From: Podarcis muralis
Taxonomy: Eukaryota
DNA length: 64,000 nucleotides
Direction: 5' to 3'
Assembly: GCF_964188315.1 (NCBI RefSeq)
Contig: NC_135661.1
Span: 4,650,001 to 4,714,000, forward strand
Shown here: piece after piece, positions 1 through 12,200 of the stretch
Numbering within the stretch: position 1 is the stretch's first letter
Layout: the number at the start of each line of letters is the position of its first letter
Notes under the pieces: generated by a model
What the model was told of the DNA's origin: nothing
Databases searched by the model: none
What the model saw: the letters and a program-made list of their open reading frames with translations, nothing else
Translations under genes and position numbers: made by a program

Positions 1-149
1 GGAGGAGGAGGAGGAGGATGCACAGAGCCTTAGGGCTGCCTGGGAACGCTCTCTCCCAGGCCTCCCTCGCCCAGCTGCTGAGGGTGGTGGAATGGCCAAG
101 AGGGCGCCACCCCCTGCTGATCTTAGTATTCCAGGTGTTCTTCAAGGAA

Positions 150-440
150 GGAGGCTGTCTTTTCAGATACCCGGAGTCAAAGTTTAGGGCTTTAAACATT
201 AATGTGAGCACCTTGAATTTGGCCCACAAACAAACCGCCAGCCAATGCAGCTGTTTTAGAAACAGGGGTTACACGAGTTCTGAAAGCAACTCCAGTCAGC
301 AATCTGGCCACTGCATTTTGGACCAAGGAAAGTTTCCAAGTTGTCTGCAAGGGCAGCTCCACGGACAGCCCACTGCCATCATCCATCCTGTTGGCAACCC
401 TGGCCTGATTCATCCCTACAGATTCCACCAGTTTGCCACT
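150..440 (-). mobile_element. L2 LINE ORF2 3' fragment, decayed
   Basis: Minus-strand frames give KLSLVQNAVARLLTG...VTPV and, after a frameshift, LHWLAVCLWAKFKVLTLMFKALN, the typical L2 C-terminal motif. Boundaries approximate. Confidence 0.8.
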
Positions 441-523
441 GAAAGAGACATTGGAGCTATTCCCCCACCACCCCACAAGTCCCCCCCTCAAAGGTTCTGT
501 GGCAAAAGCAGGCCTCTACTCAC

Positions 524-642
524 CTGTGTGGTAACCATGATCTGAAGTATAGAACACGTATGTGCTGTCCAACAGGTGAAGGGTCTTCAATTTTTCAAAA
601 ATCTTCTCCACCATGTCATCCACAGACAACAGAGTCTGCCAC
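524..642 (-). CDS. GNS-like exon 8 ([39 protein letters not shown])
   Basis: tcttgcag acceptor (AG 644-643), G|gtgagt donor, 119 nt. Confidence 0.93.
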
Positions 643-3600
643 CTGCAAGAATATGAGGACATACTATATATTGCAGAGGTAGCAATGTGGTACCCTCCAG
701 ATGTTGTGGACTACGACTTCCATCAGTCTCAGCCAGAAACAGGATGATGGGAGTTGTAGTTCAACTGCATTTTGGTGCAACAGATCAAGCTATCGCAATA
801 AACTGCATTATTGAAGCAGCAGGGAAGCCGCTCAGTGTATGAGGGAAGAGTCTGTGCCTCTACTGTTGACCCTGCACAAACACGCAATCTTCAAAGAGTC
901 CTGCTGGGTCAGACCAAGGGTCCATAGTCCAATGTTCACTTTCCAACAGCAGCTAGGGAGATGCGTCTGGAAAGCTTGCAGCCAGGGTCCTGAAAGGGAC
1001 TGTCCTGTTCTGGTTCCATGAAGATGCCCAGAAAGGAGGTCCAAGTGGGCAGGTCTTAAAGGGCCAACCATGTCTGAAGGAGGACCCTTCTCCTGGGCTC
1101 CATGCCTCCCGCTTAGTGCACTCCCTGCACCGGTTTGGGAGGCACTCAGTTGATCAGACCCAGGGGAAGGGGGCCTGGGAGGGCCTTGGCTCTAGTTCAA
1201 TGGGTCCTGGAGCTGTGGGGCGTGCTTCAGGGGCCTCCTGCCTGCCAGATGGAGTCCAGCAACATCCAGAGGCCCACACATTTCCCATTCCTGAAGACTC
1301 AGTACTACAGTTGGGCAACGTGGAATTGTGCCCATTACTCTTTGACCAGGTACTTCTCACTTCACAGCTTCACTATACATCACATCTCACATCACATCTA
1401 CACCAGCAATGGCTGGTGGGAGTTGTAGTCCAAAGCATCTGAAGGATGTCAGGTTGAGGGAAGATGCACAACACCTGAGTCTCACTGCCTCTCAGACGTC
1501 TGTCTCCATCAGGGTCTCCCAGTGACTTTGGATAAAAGCCCCCACAAATGTCTTCCCCCCATGGCCTCACTCCTTTCAAGCTTCTACAGCTCCTACGAGT
1601 GGCCTTTTGGACCCTTTCTTACCGTTCCCTGTAGACCTTGTCCAGGAACTCAATGGATGTGTTTGACATGGGAGTCTTTGCTTGCCTTATCAACCAGTGC
1701 TTGTCCTATACAGGGAAGAAGATTGTGGAGACTTTATCAACAGAATCCAGATGGCAAATATTTGGAGAAAAGACTCGGACCCTCACCTGATGACACCATC
1801 ACCCTTGTGCTCTTCCCCCTCCCCCATGTATTTAACACTTGCCATTTTAAAATTCTGATTTACTTTTTAAAAAACAAAATACAGTAAGAAACACACATAA
1901 GTGCCACAATTCTTTGATTATTATTGTCCTTGCAGTTCTCTGGGACCACGGAATGAAAGCTCCTGCTTCCTCGCTTGTCCTCTGCTGTGTACTGATTATG
2001 ACTCCAGCAGTGGCAGCAACTTGCCACTTAAGAAGGCATCTTCCAAGGCAGAAGAGCCTGGCAAGATGCCCACCATTAGAGCCTGGTGTTCCTGTTGAAG
2101 TGGCCTCCCTGTTCCCAGCTGCCACCAGAGAAGCATCTTGCCCTGAGAGGAGCAGAGAGAGGGAGAAGCCGATGGAGCTGCCCATGAGCCCTTCAAGCCC
2201 GCTGTGAACTCACCTTTCCGTGGACGTTGAAGCTTCCATTGCGTGGCGCTTTGATGCTGCTGTATGCTGACTTGTAGTGGGGGGCTGCTGTCCAGGGAGC
2301 GTGTGCAGCAGGTGGAGCCAGAACCATGAGAAACGGAGGGTGGGAAAGCTTCTCCAGGAATTGGAGGCTCCGGTTGGTCTGCAGCAGGGAAGGAGAGAAA
2401 GAGACGAATGGCTCAAGCCATGGTGCCATGGGAGGCTTAGTTCTTGAACATTTCAACAGCTAAGTTCAAACAGCTTAGTTCTTGAACATTTTGGCACCCG
2501 GAAGTGAGTGTTCTGGTTTGTGAACTATTTTTGGAAGCCGAACATCCTGCAGCCAATCAGACGCTGTGCTTTGCTTCCCAAACGTTTAGGAGGTCGAACG
2601 AACTTCCAGAACAGATTCTGTTTGATTTCCAAGTACGACTGTACCTTGCTCCACAGGTTAAGGGTTTTGAAAGAGAAATAGATAGCATATTTCCCATGTC
2701 TTTTCTCTGAAGTCCCATTTTCACGGATGTGGAAACTGTGGCCCTCCAGAGGTTGTGCGGACTCCAGCTGCCATCAGCTCAGCCAGCACAGTCCGTGGCC
2801 AACAAGATCCACCCTGTCCTAAGGTTTTTGATGGAGTGAACTTTCATGGGATTCTAAAGTGCCAGTTTATCGTGCAGTCATAGACAATCTTTCTCTCTCT
2901 ATCGTGCTTCGTTTCCAGGTGCTGGTAGACGTGTGCGTTTTCCTGACTTGCAACCAACAGCAGGGAAACTGTTTTGCTTGTCCTGCAAAAGTGCACATGA
3001 AAACACTCCACCCACCTCACTGAATCAGGGCTGGGGAAACGCTTTCCAAGAGATGCCTCCCTCCCTCCCTGGGCAATCTTCTGGGGAACCACATGCCTGT
3101 GGGGGGCAGGGCCAGAGGCAAAAAGTGGGGGGCAATGAATATACAGCGGTACCTCGGGTTAAGTACTTAATTCGTTCCGGAGGTCTGTTCTTAACCTGAA
3201 ACTGTTCTTAACCTGAAGCACCACTTTAGCTCATGGGGCCTCCCGCTACCGCTGCTGCGCGATTTCTGTTCTCATCCTGAAGCAAAGTTCTTAACCCGAG
3301 GTACTATTTCTGGGTTAGCAGAGTCTGTAACCTGAAGAGTCTGTAACCCAAGGTACCACTGTAAATTTTATCTGCCAGCTAGTTTCTACACAAACCCCTC
3401 TCCACCCACCATCCAGGCAAATGAGAGTCATGATTTAAGCACCTGTTCTAGCCAGGCAAAAACACCCAAGGAGGATGTGAAGGAAGGCTGGGCCAGAGAG
3501 GCCTAGAAGGATGCCTTTGGCCCCTCGCAGCCTGAGGCTGCCCACTGCTGCTCTAGGCCTCAGTGCCCCACCTATTACAGACATCAACTGAGTCACTGAC

Positions 3601-6600
3601 TTGGGTGTCTGGCTGCTGCAACAGAGAAGCAGAGGCAGAGGTGGAGGCCTCTTGTTTGCTTGGAAAAGCTCTTCTCCTGAAAGCCAAGAGTGGAGAAGTG
3701 GGAGAAAAAGAGGCAGGCAGGGAGGACTACAGATCCTTTCCACGAAGGGAGAGTTTCTGGAGGAAAGAGATGAACGTCAGAGACTTGGCAGGCCGTCTTC
3801 CAGCTTCAATGTTCTCTTTCTCACTTTAGTTCTTTCCTTGACAGACATAAGTGAGCCAATGCAATAACGACTGTTTTTTAGACTAATTGATGACACCGAA
3901 AAAAAGCATTCTGACTGTCGAATGGGGCTGCCCTTCCAGTGGTCTAGCTACTTGATCGCAGGGGGATCTGGGAAGCCAGAAACGAAGGTGACATGGAGGG
4001 ACAACTCACAATGATGTCGGTGAGATAGTCTTCTTCATAGTGCTCCCCGTGCTTCTCCTCGTGTCCATTGGCTGAAAGAGTGTAGTTATAGTACTTGGAA
4101 TTCCCCACCTATGGAAAGAGGCACAAAGTGATGATGAATTGAGTCACCAAAGAGCCAGCTCTGGAAATTGTTCTGAACACCAGGGTCTTGGCACTGGGCC
4201 ACCCCACAATAAGGAGGAACAGTATTACAGATGGAAGCCAGCCTAGGATATTTTGGTGCCTAGGGGGAAAAACCCAAAGGAAACCCCCCTCCAAACAAAG
4301 GACAATCGCTCAGTGGCAGAGCCCATGTTTTGCAGGCTGACGGTCCCTGCTTCACCCCTGGCATCTCCAGTTAAAAGACAATGCAGCAGATGATGGAGAA
4401 GGCCTCTCTGCCTGAGACACCCTGGAGAACTGTCATCACCATGGGAGACACACCAATTGTCTGAGGAGCTACTGATCAGGTATATGAAGACGAGGAGCAA
4501 AGGCAGTCCTCTGGGAATGTCCAGGCGACCTTGGAACCGACAGCTCACAGAAGAACCCCGACCAGACCTAAGAGGAGGCGTGTAGTGGTGATAGGGGATT
4601 CCCTACTGAGGGGAACAGAAGCAGTGATCTGTGGGCCTGACAAGATGTCTCGGGAAGTGTGCTGTCTCCCCGGGGCTAAGATCCAAGATGTAACTGAACG
4701 ACTGCAAGGAATCATAAAACCCACTGACAAATACCCCTTCCTCTTGGTTCATGTGGGAACCAATGACACTGCAAGCAATAGCCTCCAGAAGATCAAAAGA
4801 GATTACGAGGCTCTGGGCAGGAAATTGAAGCAATTAAATGCACAAATTGTCATCTCATCTGTCCTCCCAGTTGAACGACGTGGCCCAGGGAGAGAGGGAA
4901 AAATAGTGGAAGTGAACAACTGGCTTCGCAAATGGTGCAAACAGGAACGGTTTGGATTCTTAGATCACGGAATGCAGTTTCTTGAAGATGGACTTCTGGC
5001 AAGCGATGGGCTGCACCTCACAACGGTAGGGAGGAATGTTTTTGCCAAAAATCCCAGAAACCTCATCAGGAGGGCTTTAAACTGACTAATGTGGGGGAGG
5101 GAGACAGTGCTCCTGAAGGTAGGAGTCTATCAATTGATGAAGATGATCATCCAAATGTCATAGACCGAATGGAGCAAAGAGCATGCAGACCTAGTGGTGG
5201 GAGGAGAAAATCCTTAAATAAGAGACACGGGGGAATGATTAATGGACTTCAATGTCTGTACACTAATGCGCAAAGCATGGGAAATAAACAAGATGAGCTT
5301 GAGCTCCTGGTACAGCAAACTAAATATGACATAATAGGAATCACTGAAACCTGGTGGGATAAATCCCACGATTGGAATGTAATAATGGAGGGATACAATC
5401 TATTTCAAAGAAACAGACCAGACAAGAAAGGAGGAGGAGTGGCGTTATATGTCAGGGATGTGTATACCTGTGAAGAGATCCAAGATTTAGAACCTCAAAG
5501 CCAAAGTGAGAGCATTTGGGTCAAAATTAAGGGAGAGAAGAATAAGAGTGACCTCATTGTGGGAGTTTACTATAGATCCCCAAGCCAAACGGAGGGCATA
5601 GATGATGCCTTCCTGGAACAGATGGCCAAGCATGCAAAAGGAAGGGAGATAGTAGTAATGGGGGACTTCAATTACCCGGATATTTGTTGGATGTCAAACT
5701 CAGCCAAGAGCATAAGGTCAAACAGATTCCTCACTGCCCTTGCAGACAACTTCATTGTCCAGAAAGTGGGAGAAGCAACAAGAGGAACAGCCATTTTAGA
5801 TCTGGTCCTAACCAATGTTGATGACCTGGTTAGTGGGGTAAAAGTGGAAGGATCATTAGGCGCGAGTGATCATGCTCTTCTGAAGTTTACTATACAGCGG
5901 AAAGGAGCAGCCAAGCATACTAGGACTCAATTTCTCGACTTTAAGAAAGCCGACTTCATAAAGCTTAGGGAAGTGCTGGGTGAGATCCCATGGACAGTAA
6001 TACTAAAAGGAAAGGGAGTTCAAGATGGCTGGGAGTTTGTTAAGAGGGAGATAGTAAAAGCACAACTTCAGGCAATACCAATGAGACGGAAACATGGAAG
6101 GTGCCTAAAGAAGCCAGGGTGGCTATCTAAAGAACTTTTAACTGAGTTAAGATTAAAAAAGGATGTGTACAAAAAATGGAAAAGGGGGGAAACCACCAAA
6201 GAGGAATTCAAACAAATAGCCAGCACGTGTAGACACAAAGTCAGAAAAGCTAAAGCACAAAATGAACTCAGGCTTGCTAGAGAGGTTAAAAGCAACAAAA
6301 AAGGCTTTTATGGGTATGTTCGTAGCAAAAGGAAGAACAAAGAAACCGTGGGGTCACTCAGAGGAGAAGATGGTGAAATGCAAACAGGGGACACAGAAAG
6401 GGCTGAACTCCTCAATGCCTTCTTTGCCTCAGTCTTCTCCGATAAAGAAAACAATGCCCGACCTGAAGAATTTGGAGCAAATGATTCAGCAGAGGAAACA
6501 CAGCCCAGAATAACTAAGGAGATAGTACAAGAATACTTGGCTAGTCTAGATGTATTCAAGTCTCCAGGGCCAGATGAACTGCATCCAAGAGTATTAAAAG

Positions 6601-9164
6601 AACTGGCAGATGTGATTTCAGAACCACTGGCAGTCATCTTTGAGAATTCCTGGAGAACAGGCGAAGTCCCGGCAGACTGGAGGAGGGCAAATGTTGTCCC
6701 TATTTTCAAAAAGGGGAAAAGAGAGGACCCAAATAATTACCGCCCAGTCAGTCTGACATCAATACCAGGGAAGATTCTGGAGCAGATCATTAAGCAAACA
6801 GTCTGTGAGCACCTAGAAAGGAATGCTGTGATCACCAATAGTCAGCATGGATTTCTGAAAAATAAGTCATGTCAGACTAACCTGATCTCGTTTTTTGACA
6901 GAATTACAAGCCTGGTAGATGAAGGGAACGCAGTGGATGTAGTCTACCTTGATTTCAGCAAGGCATTTGACAAGGTGCCCCATGATATTCTTGTAAAGAA
7001 GCTGGTAAAATGCGGTCTTGACTATGCTACCACTCAGTGGATTTGTAACTGGCTGACTGACCGAACCCAAAGGGTGCTCATCAATGGTTCCTCTTCATCC
7101 TGGAGAAGAGTGACTAGTGGGGTGCCACAGGGTTCTGTCTTGGGCCCGGTCTTATTCAACATCTTTATCAACGACTTGGATGATGGACTCAAGGGCATCC
7201 TGATCAAATTTGCAGATGACACCAAACTGGGAGGGGTGGCTAACACCCCAGAGGACAGGATCACACTTCAAAACGACCTTGACAGATTAGAAAACTGGGC
7301 CAAAACAAACAAGATGAATTTTAACAGGGAGAAATGTAAAGTATTGCACTTGGGCAAAAAAAATGAGAGGCACAAATACAAGATGGGTGACACCTGGCTT
7401 GAGAGCAGTACATGTGAAAAGGATCTAGGAGTCTTGGTTGACCACAAACTTGACATGAGCCAACAGTGTGACGCGGCAGCTAAAAAAGCCAATGCAATTC
7501 TGGGCCTCATCAATAGGAGTATAGCATCTAGATCAAGGGAAGTAATAGTGCCACTGTATTCTGCTCTGGTCAGACCTCACCTGGAGTACTGTGTCCAGTT
7601 CTGGGCACCACAGTTCAAGAAGGACACTGACAAACTGGAACGTGTCCAGAGGAGGGCAACCAAAATGGTCAAAGGCCTGGAAATGATGCCTTATGAGGAA
7701 CGGCTAAGGGAGCTGGGCATGTTTAGCCTGGAGAAGAGGAGGTTAAGGGGTGATATGATAGCCATGTTCAAATATATAAAAGGATGTCACATAGAGGAGG
7801 GAGAAAGGCTGTTTTCTGCTGCTCCAGAGAAGCGGACACGGAGCAATGGATCCAAACTACAAGAAAGAAGATTCCACCTCAACATTAGGAAGAACTTCCT
7901 GACAGTAAGAGCTGTTCGACAGTGGAATTTGCTGCCAAGGAGTGTGGTGGAGTCTCCTTCTTTGGAGGTCTTTAAGCAGAGGCTTGACAACCATATGTCA
8001 GGAGTGCTCTGATGGTGTTTCCTGCTTGGCAGGGGGTTGGACTCGATGGCCCTTGTGGTCTCTTCCAACTCTATGATTCTATGATTCTATGATTCTAAGA
8101 TGATCCTAACTTCCAAATCTGCATTTTTGTAGCTGCTCACTCTGTTCCCATAGTCTCACAGTATTGCAATACTAATCTAGCTTTGTCTGCTTCTTCTTTC
8201 TCCCATTCACTAGGAACACAGGAAGAACCCCCGTTTATTTGTTATTAATAAATATTACTCCTTTCCCTCCCATTCCCTTTCCCCTCAGAGGAGGGGGACC
8301 TCTTCCCCCCCTCCGCCACCTTGACCTTCCCTTTCTCCTGGTCACTTTTACTCACCACGCACCAATGTGCTGGCATTGGTCCACCCAAAAGGCTATGGCC
8401 TGGCTAGGGGGCAGGGCTGTGGGAATGAGGCTCCCCTGGTGTGTCCTGACCAACGACATGAAACCTTGGTCTCCAGCAAATCTCAAGGATTTCAGGCAGG
8501 GTTCTCTGCCAATCCTACCTGGAGGCACCAAGGATTGAACCCAGGGACCTTTTGCATGCAAGGCCACTGCTCTGCTGCAAGAACTCTGAGAGAATGGCTG
8601 GATAGCTCTGTTGGTTTGAGCATGGTGCTGACAACGCCAAGGTTACAGGTTTGATCCCTGTGAGGGAGAGCTGCGTATTCCTGCATTGAAGGTTGGACTA
8701 GATCATGGCTGGCAAACAAAGACCTGGGGGCCGGATCCAGCCCAATCGCCTTCTAAATCTGGCCCGCAGATGGTCCAGGAATCAGCGTGTTTTTACATGA
8801 GTAGACTGTGTCCTTTTAATTAAAATGCATCCCTGGGTTATTTGTGGGGAAAAGGGATTCGTTCTTTTCCCCCTTCAAATATAGTCTGGCCCCCTGCAAG
8901 GTCTGAGGGACAGTGGACCAGCCTCCTGCTGAAAAAGTTTGCTGACCCCTGGACTAGATGATCCTCAGGGTCCCTTCCAACTCTATGGTTGTATGAGATA
9001 CCTCTGAGATCTACAAGAATGTAGATTCAGCAGCTTATTGTCTCTCAGCAAAGGCCACCTGGCAAACTTCAGTTCTGAGCAGAGGTGTGAATCTGCATCC
9101 TGCACATCAAAGTCCAGCACTCTGCCCCATGGATCTCACTGGGTCACCTTGCCTGCTGTGAAAT

Positions 9165-9208
<44 letters not shown>

Positions 9209-12200
9209 GCGCCTACTCACCAGACCTAACCAGTAGCTCCAGCCTGGTGGCATATATTGAATGCCTCCTGCTTTGGGGTCCCCATACTGAAATAGAGGAG
9301 AGTCGCCAAGTCAGACGCAACAGGCATGTACACAGCTTTTAAAGGCAAGGAGAGGTGATGCGGATGCCCACAGAACACCCATCATCTGCGTATAATATTT
9401 GGGCATCGGCGGCATTTGTCTGCAGAGGACTTTACCTGGTTGAGATATTTGCCAGCATAGAAGGTCTGGTAGCCTTGCCTCTGTAGGTAAACCGGGAAGG
9501 TGAATGGCTCCTGAAACTTCTGCCAGGCTGGGCTGCTGCAGTTGCCCTCCAAGGAATTGTTCCTCACCAGGTGGTTGTGAGGGTATCTGCCGGTCAGGAT
9601 GCTGCTGCGGCTCGGACAGCACAGAGGAGTGACTGCAAACTGGAGGGCGACATGTCCATTCAGGAGGTCAGCCTCTGCCCTACAAATTAGCATCCCTCCC
9701 TCCCCAATCTGGGTACTGTCCCAAGCATCTCCCCAAACTCAGCAGGGGCGCCACCAGCATCCAAGCAGGGGTCGTTTGCAGCCGCTCTCTACCAAGAAAG
9801 GCTTAATATTAATATTAATAATTGATTTCTCGTGCCCCTCCCATGTGGCTGGGCTGCCCCAGGCATGCCTTCAGGTCTACAGGGCCAAGGCTATTTAAAG
9901 GTCAGCACCAGCACTTTGAATTGTGCTCGGAAATGTACTGGGAGTCAATCTTTCTGGACTGGTGTTATGTGGTTCCAGCAGCTGTTCCCAGTTCCCAGTC
10001 TAGCAGCTGGGGTGTTTTAGCTTAGGAAAAAACCTGAAGTGGACACAAGCTAGCAGTTTATATATAATAAAAAACAGCATGGAGAGGGGAGAAAGAGGAA
10101 ACCACCCTCTCTCTGCTTCAGGGCTGTTTCCTATTCCCAATGCATCTAGGATTACAATCAGTTTAAACTTCCCAGAGCAATTCTCAGTGGCATTGTCCAG
10201 ATACTTACCGCATTGGCAAAAGTGGCACCTAACTGACCGATCAGGGATGTTGTCTTCTTCATGGGGGTCTGAAAGATAGAACCAAACAGTCACATCTGGG
10301 CCACAGGCCTGAAAATAAGCCTGCGAACACACAGCTGATCACCTAACCAACAAACTCTCATGTTCTTCATCGCTGCCGCTGGTCATGTTGGCTGCAAGGG
10401 ACAGGAGTTGGCATCAAACAAAAGGCTACAGGTTCCCCCAAACCCTGATACAGAAGATGGTTGGGATGAGGGCAGAATGGCCTTCTCCTTTCCACGTTCT
10501 GCAGCCTACAATCATTTTCAGGAACACCTGCCACAAAGTGTTCATATGAGTGTTTGGGGGTAATTTTCTTTTTCTGCAATTTAATCTTCAAAGCAACCCT
10601 TTGAGTCTGGCTCAATACACACATCCACTCCCCAAAATACCTTTGCACCTCATCAATAAAGGCAAAATGGCATGCTTTGTCCATTGTAGCATAATGGTAG
10701 CCAAAAATACAGGTCTTGAACCAAGAGGTCAAGACCTCCGCCACTTTTAACATTTTTTATTTTAAGAGAAGAGAGTAAGAGCGAGTGAAAGAAAATGAGC
10801 CAGATGGAGACATGTCATAAACGTGCCTTCCCTTACATCAGCCTTCACCAACCTGGCGCCCTCCAGATGTTGTTGGACTACAACTCCCATCAGCCCCAGA
10901 CCCCAAAGGTCTCCTTTGTGAACCATTTCTCAAGGCTAAGCGACATGTTATGTTAGCTACACAGGTGTTATCACAGCACCTGTCATCGTATCCGTGTTCA
11001 AGCTTTCCGAAGGGACTGGCCTCAGCGTTGCAACCTGCCTGCTACAGCTGCCCAGAATTATTTAATTTCTTTCAAACATGAAGGGAAACTGTTCAAGAAG
11101 TTAGTGGTAACCTGAGGTTTGCAAGATGGATACTTAATTTCCTGCTCTAAATCCATGGAAATGTTTGTCACACACAAAAGCCATCAGACATATTAATTAC
11201 ATTTGTTACACCATTTGTGTAATTCATTTTAAGGAGAACTATAAACTGAAGTACCGAACGGGGTGTCAGAGAGAGCAACCTCTGGAAGGAAGCTCAGCTT
11301 TTATGGGTCCAAGGCCCTCCTCCCATTGCATCGCTTCCTGCACATGAGGGTGCCATCACGTGGGCAGCATGTTGCGTGGGCTTGTTTCTGCATCTCCAAG
11401 ATGCATGTGGGAGAAGAAGCCAGAATGTACGATGGGAAGCAACAATTCTGGCTAGGGAACCTCCACAGAGAAATGATACCTGAGGCTGTGGCAGCCCTTT
11501 TGGGACCAGTTCTGATAAGCATGGCACACAGCGATGGTCACTTGTTCTACACTTCAGTTCCAGGTAAATGTGACAATGTGTGGTGGTTTCAGATTTTCAC
11601 TTGCTCAGACTCCACACTACTTGAAGACAAGGCAAACTGAACCCTGCTCTCATTCCAGCAACCAAACATGATCTGGAAGCATAGAGAACCACCGGCATTC
11701 ACGTGGGACTTTGTCACATGACTGGCTTCCTGCATGTCACCAGACAGGACGATGGTGCTCTCCAAGGCCAGGACCAGCAAGGCACAGTTTCTGGAGTCAG
11801 TTAACAAAGTAAGGGCCTTATCTTGACGCAGAGCAGTGCTCTTCCCGGTTCTCACACAAAGCGCCTGCCTGGAGATGCCAGAGACAGTGACCAGAGGAGG
11901 AACGAGACATCATGGTGCATCTGCCCCAGCACAACCGGGCGCCCGCATCTGCCCCAGATGCAACAAGACATGTCCCTCCCACAGCAGTCCCTGCAGCAGC
12001 TGCCGCTCTCCAGCGGTCTGGCTTCACCCCCGTCCTCTTGACGCCCATATGTGGAGCCATATGAGGGGCGCCATCTTGCTCCTTCCTTCAGGTAGCAAAG
12101 GGCTGGGACTGAAGTGTAGAACAAGTGAGCATCGCCGTGTGCCATGCTTATCAGAACTGGTCCCACAAGGGCTGCCACAGCCTCAGGTATCATGTTTGGA

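Larger units (their letters stand above)
4465..8097 (+). mobile_element. CR1 LINE, 5'-truncated in ORF1, ORF2 intact, antisense in GNS-like intron 4
   Basis: ORF1 esterase fragment, then EN+RT ORF2, a short 3' UTR and an (ATTCTATG)n tail ending near 8097. No TSD seen. Confidence 0.96.

Noticed and set aside
832-1071. Extra sulfatase exon between exons 7 and 8
   Set aside because: Exons 7 and 8 already join in phase and give continuous GNS-like sequence.
6068-8068. Minus-strand ORFs inside the CR1 (also those inside BovB, 30980-34183)
   Set aside because: Antisense shadows of the retrotransposon coding strand.
8590-8680. tRNA genes (here and near 4305, 40230, 45525, 48550)
   Set aside because: These are tRNA-like SINE heads that continue into SINE bodies and tails, with no complete cloverleaf.
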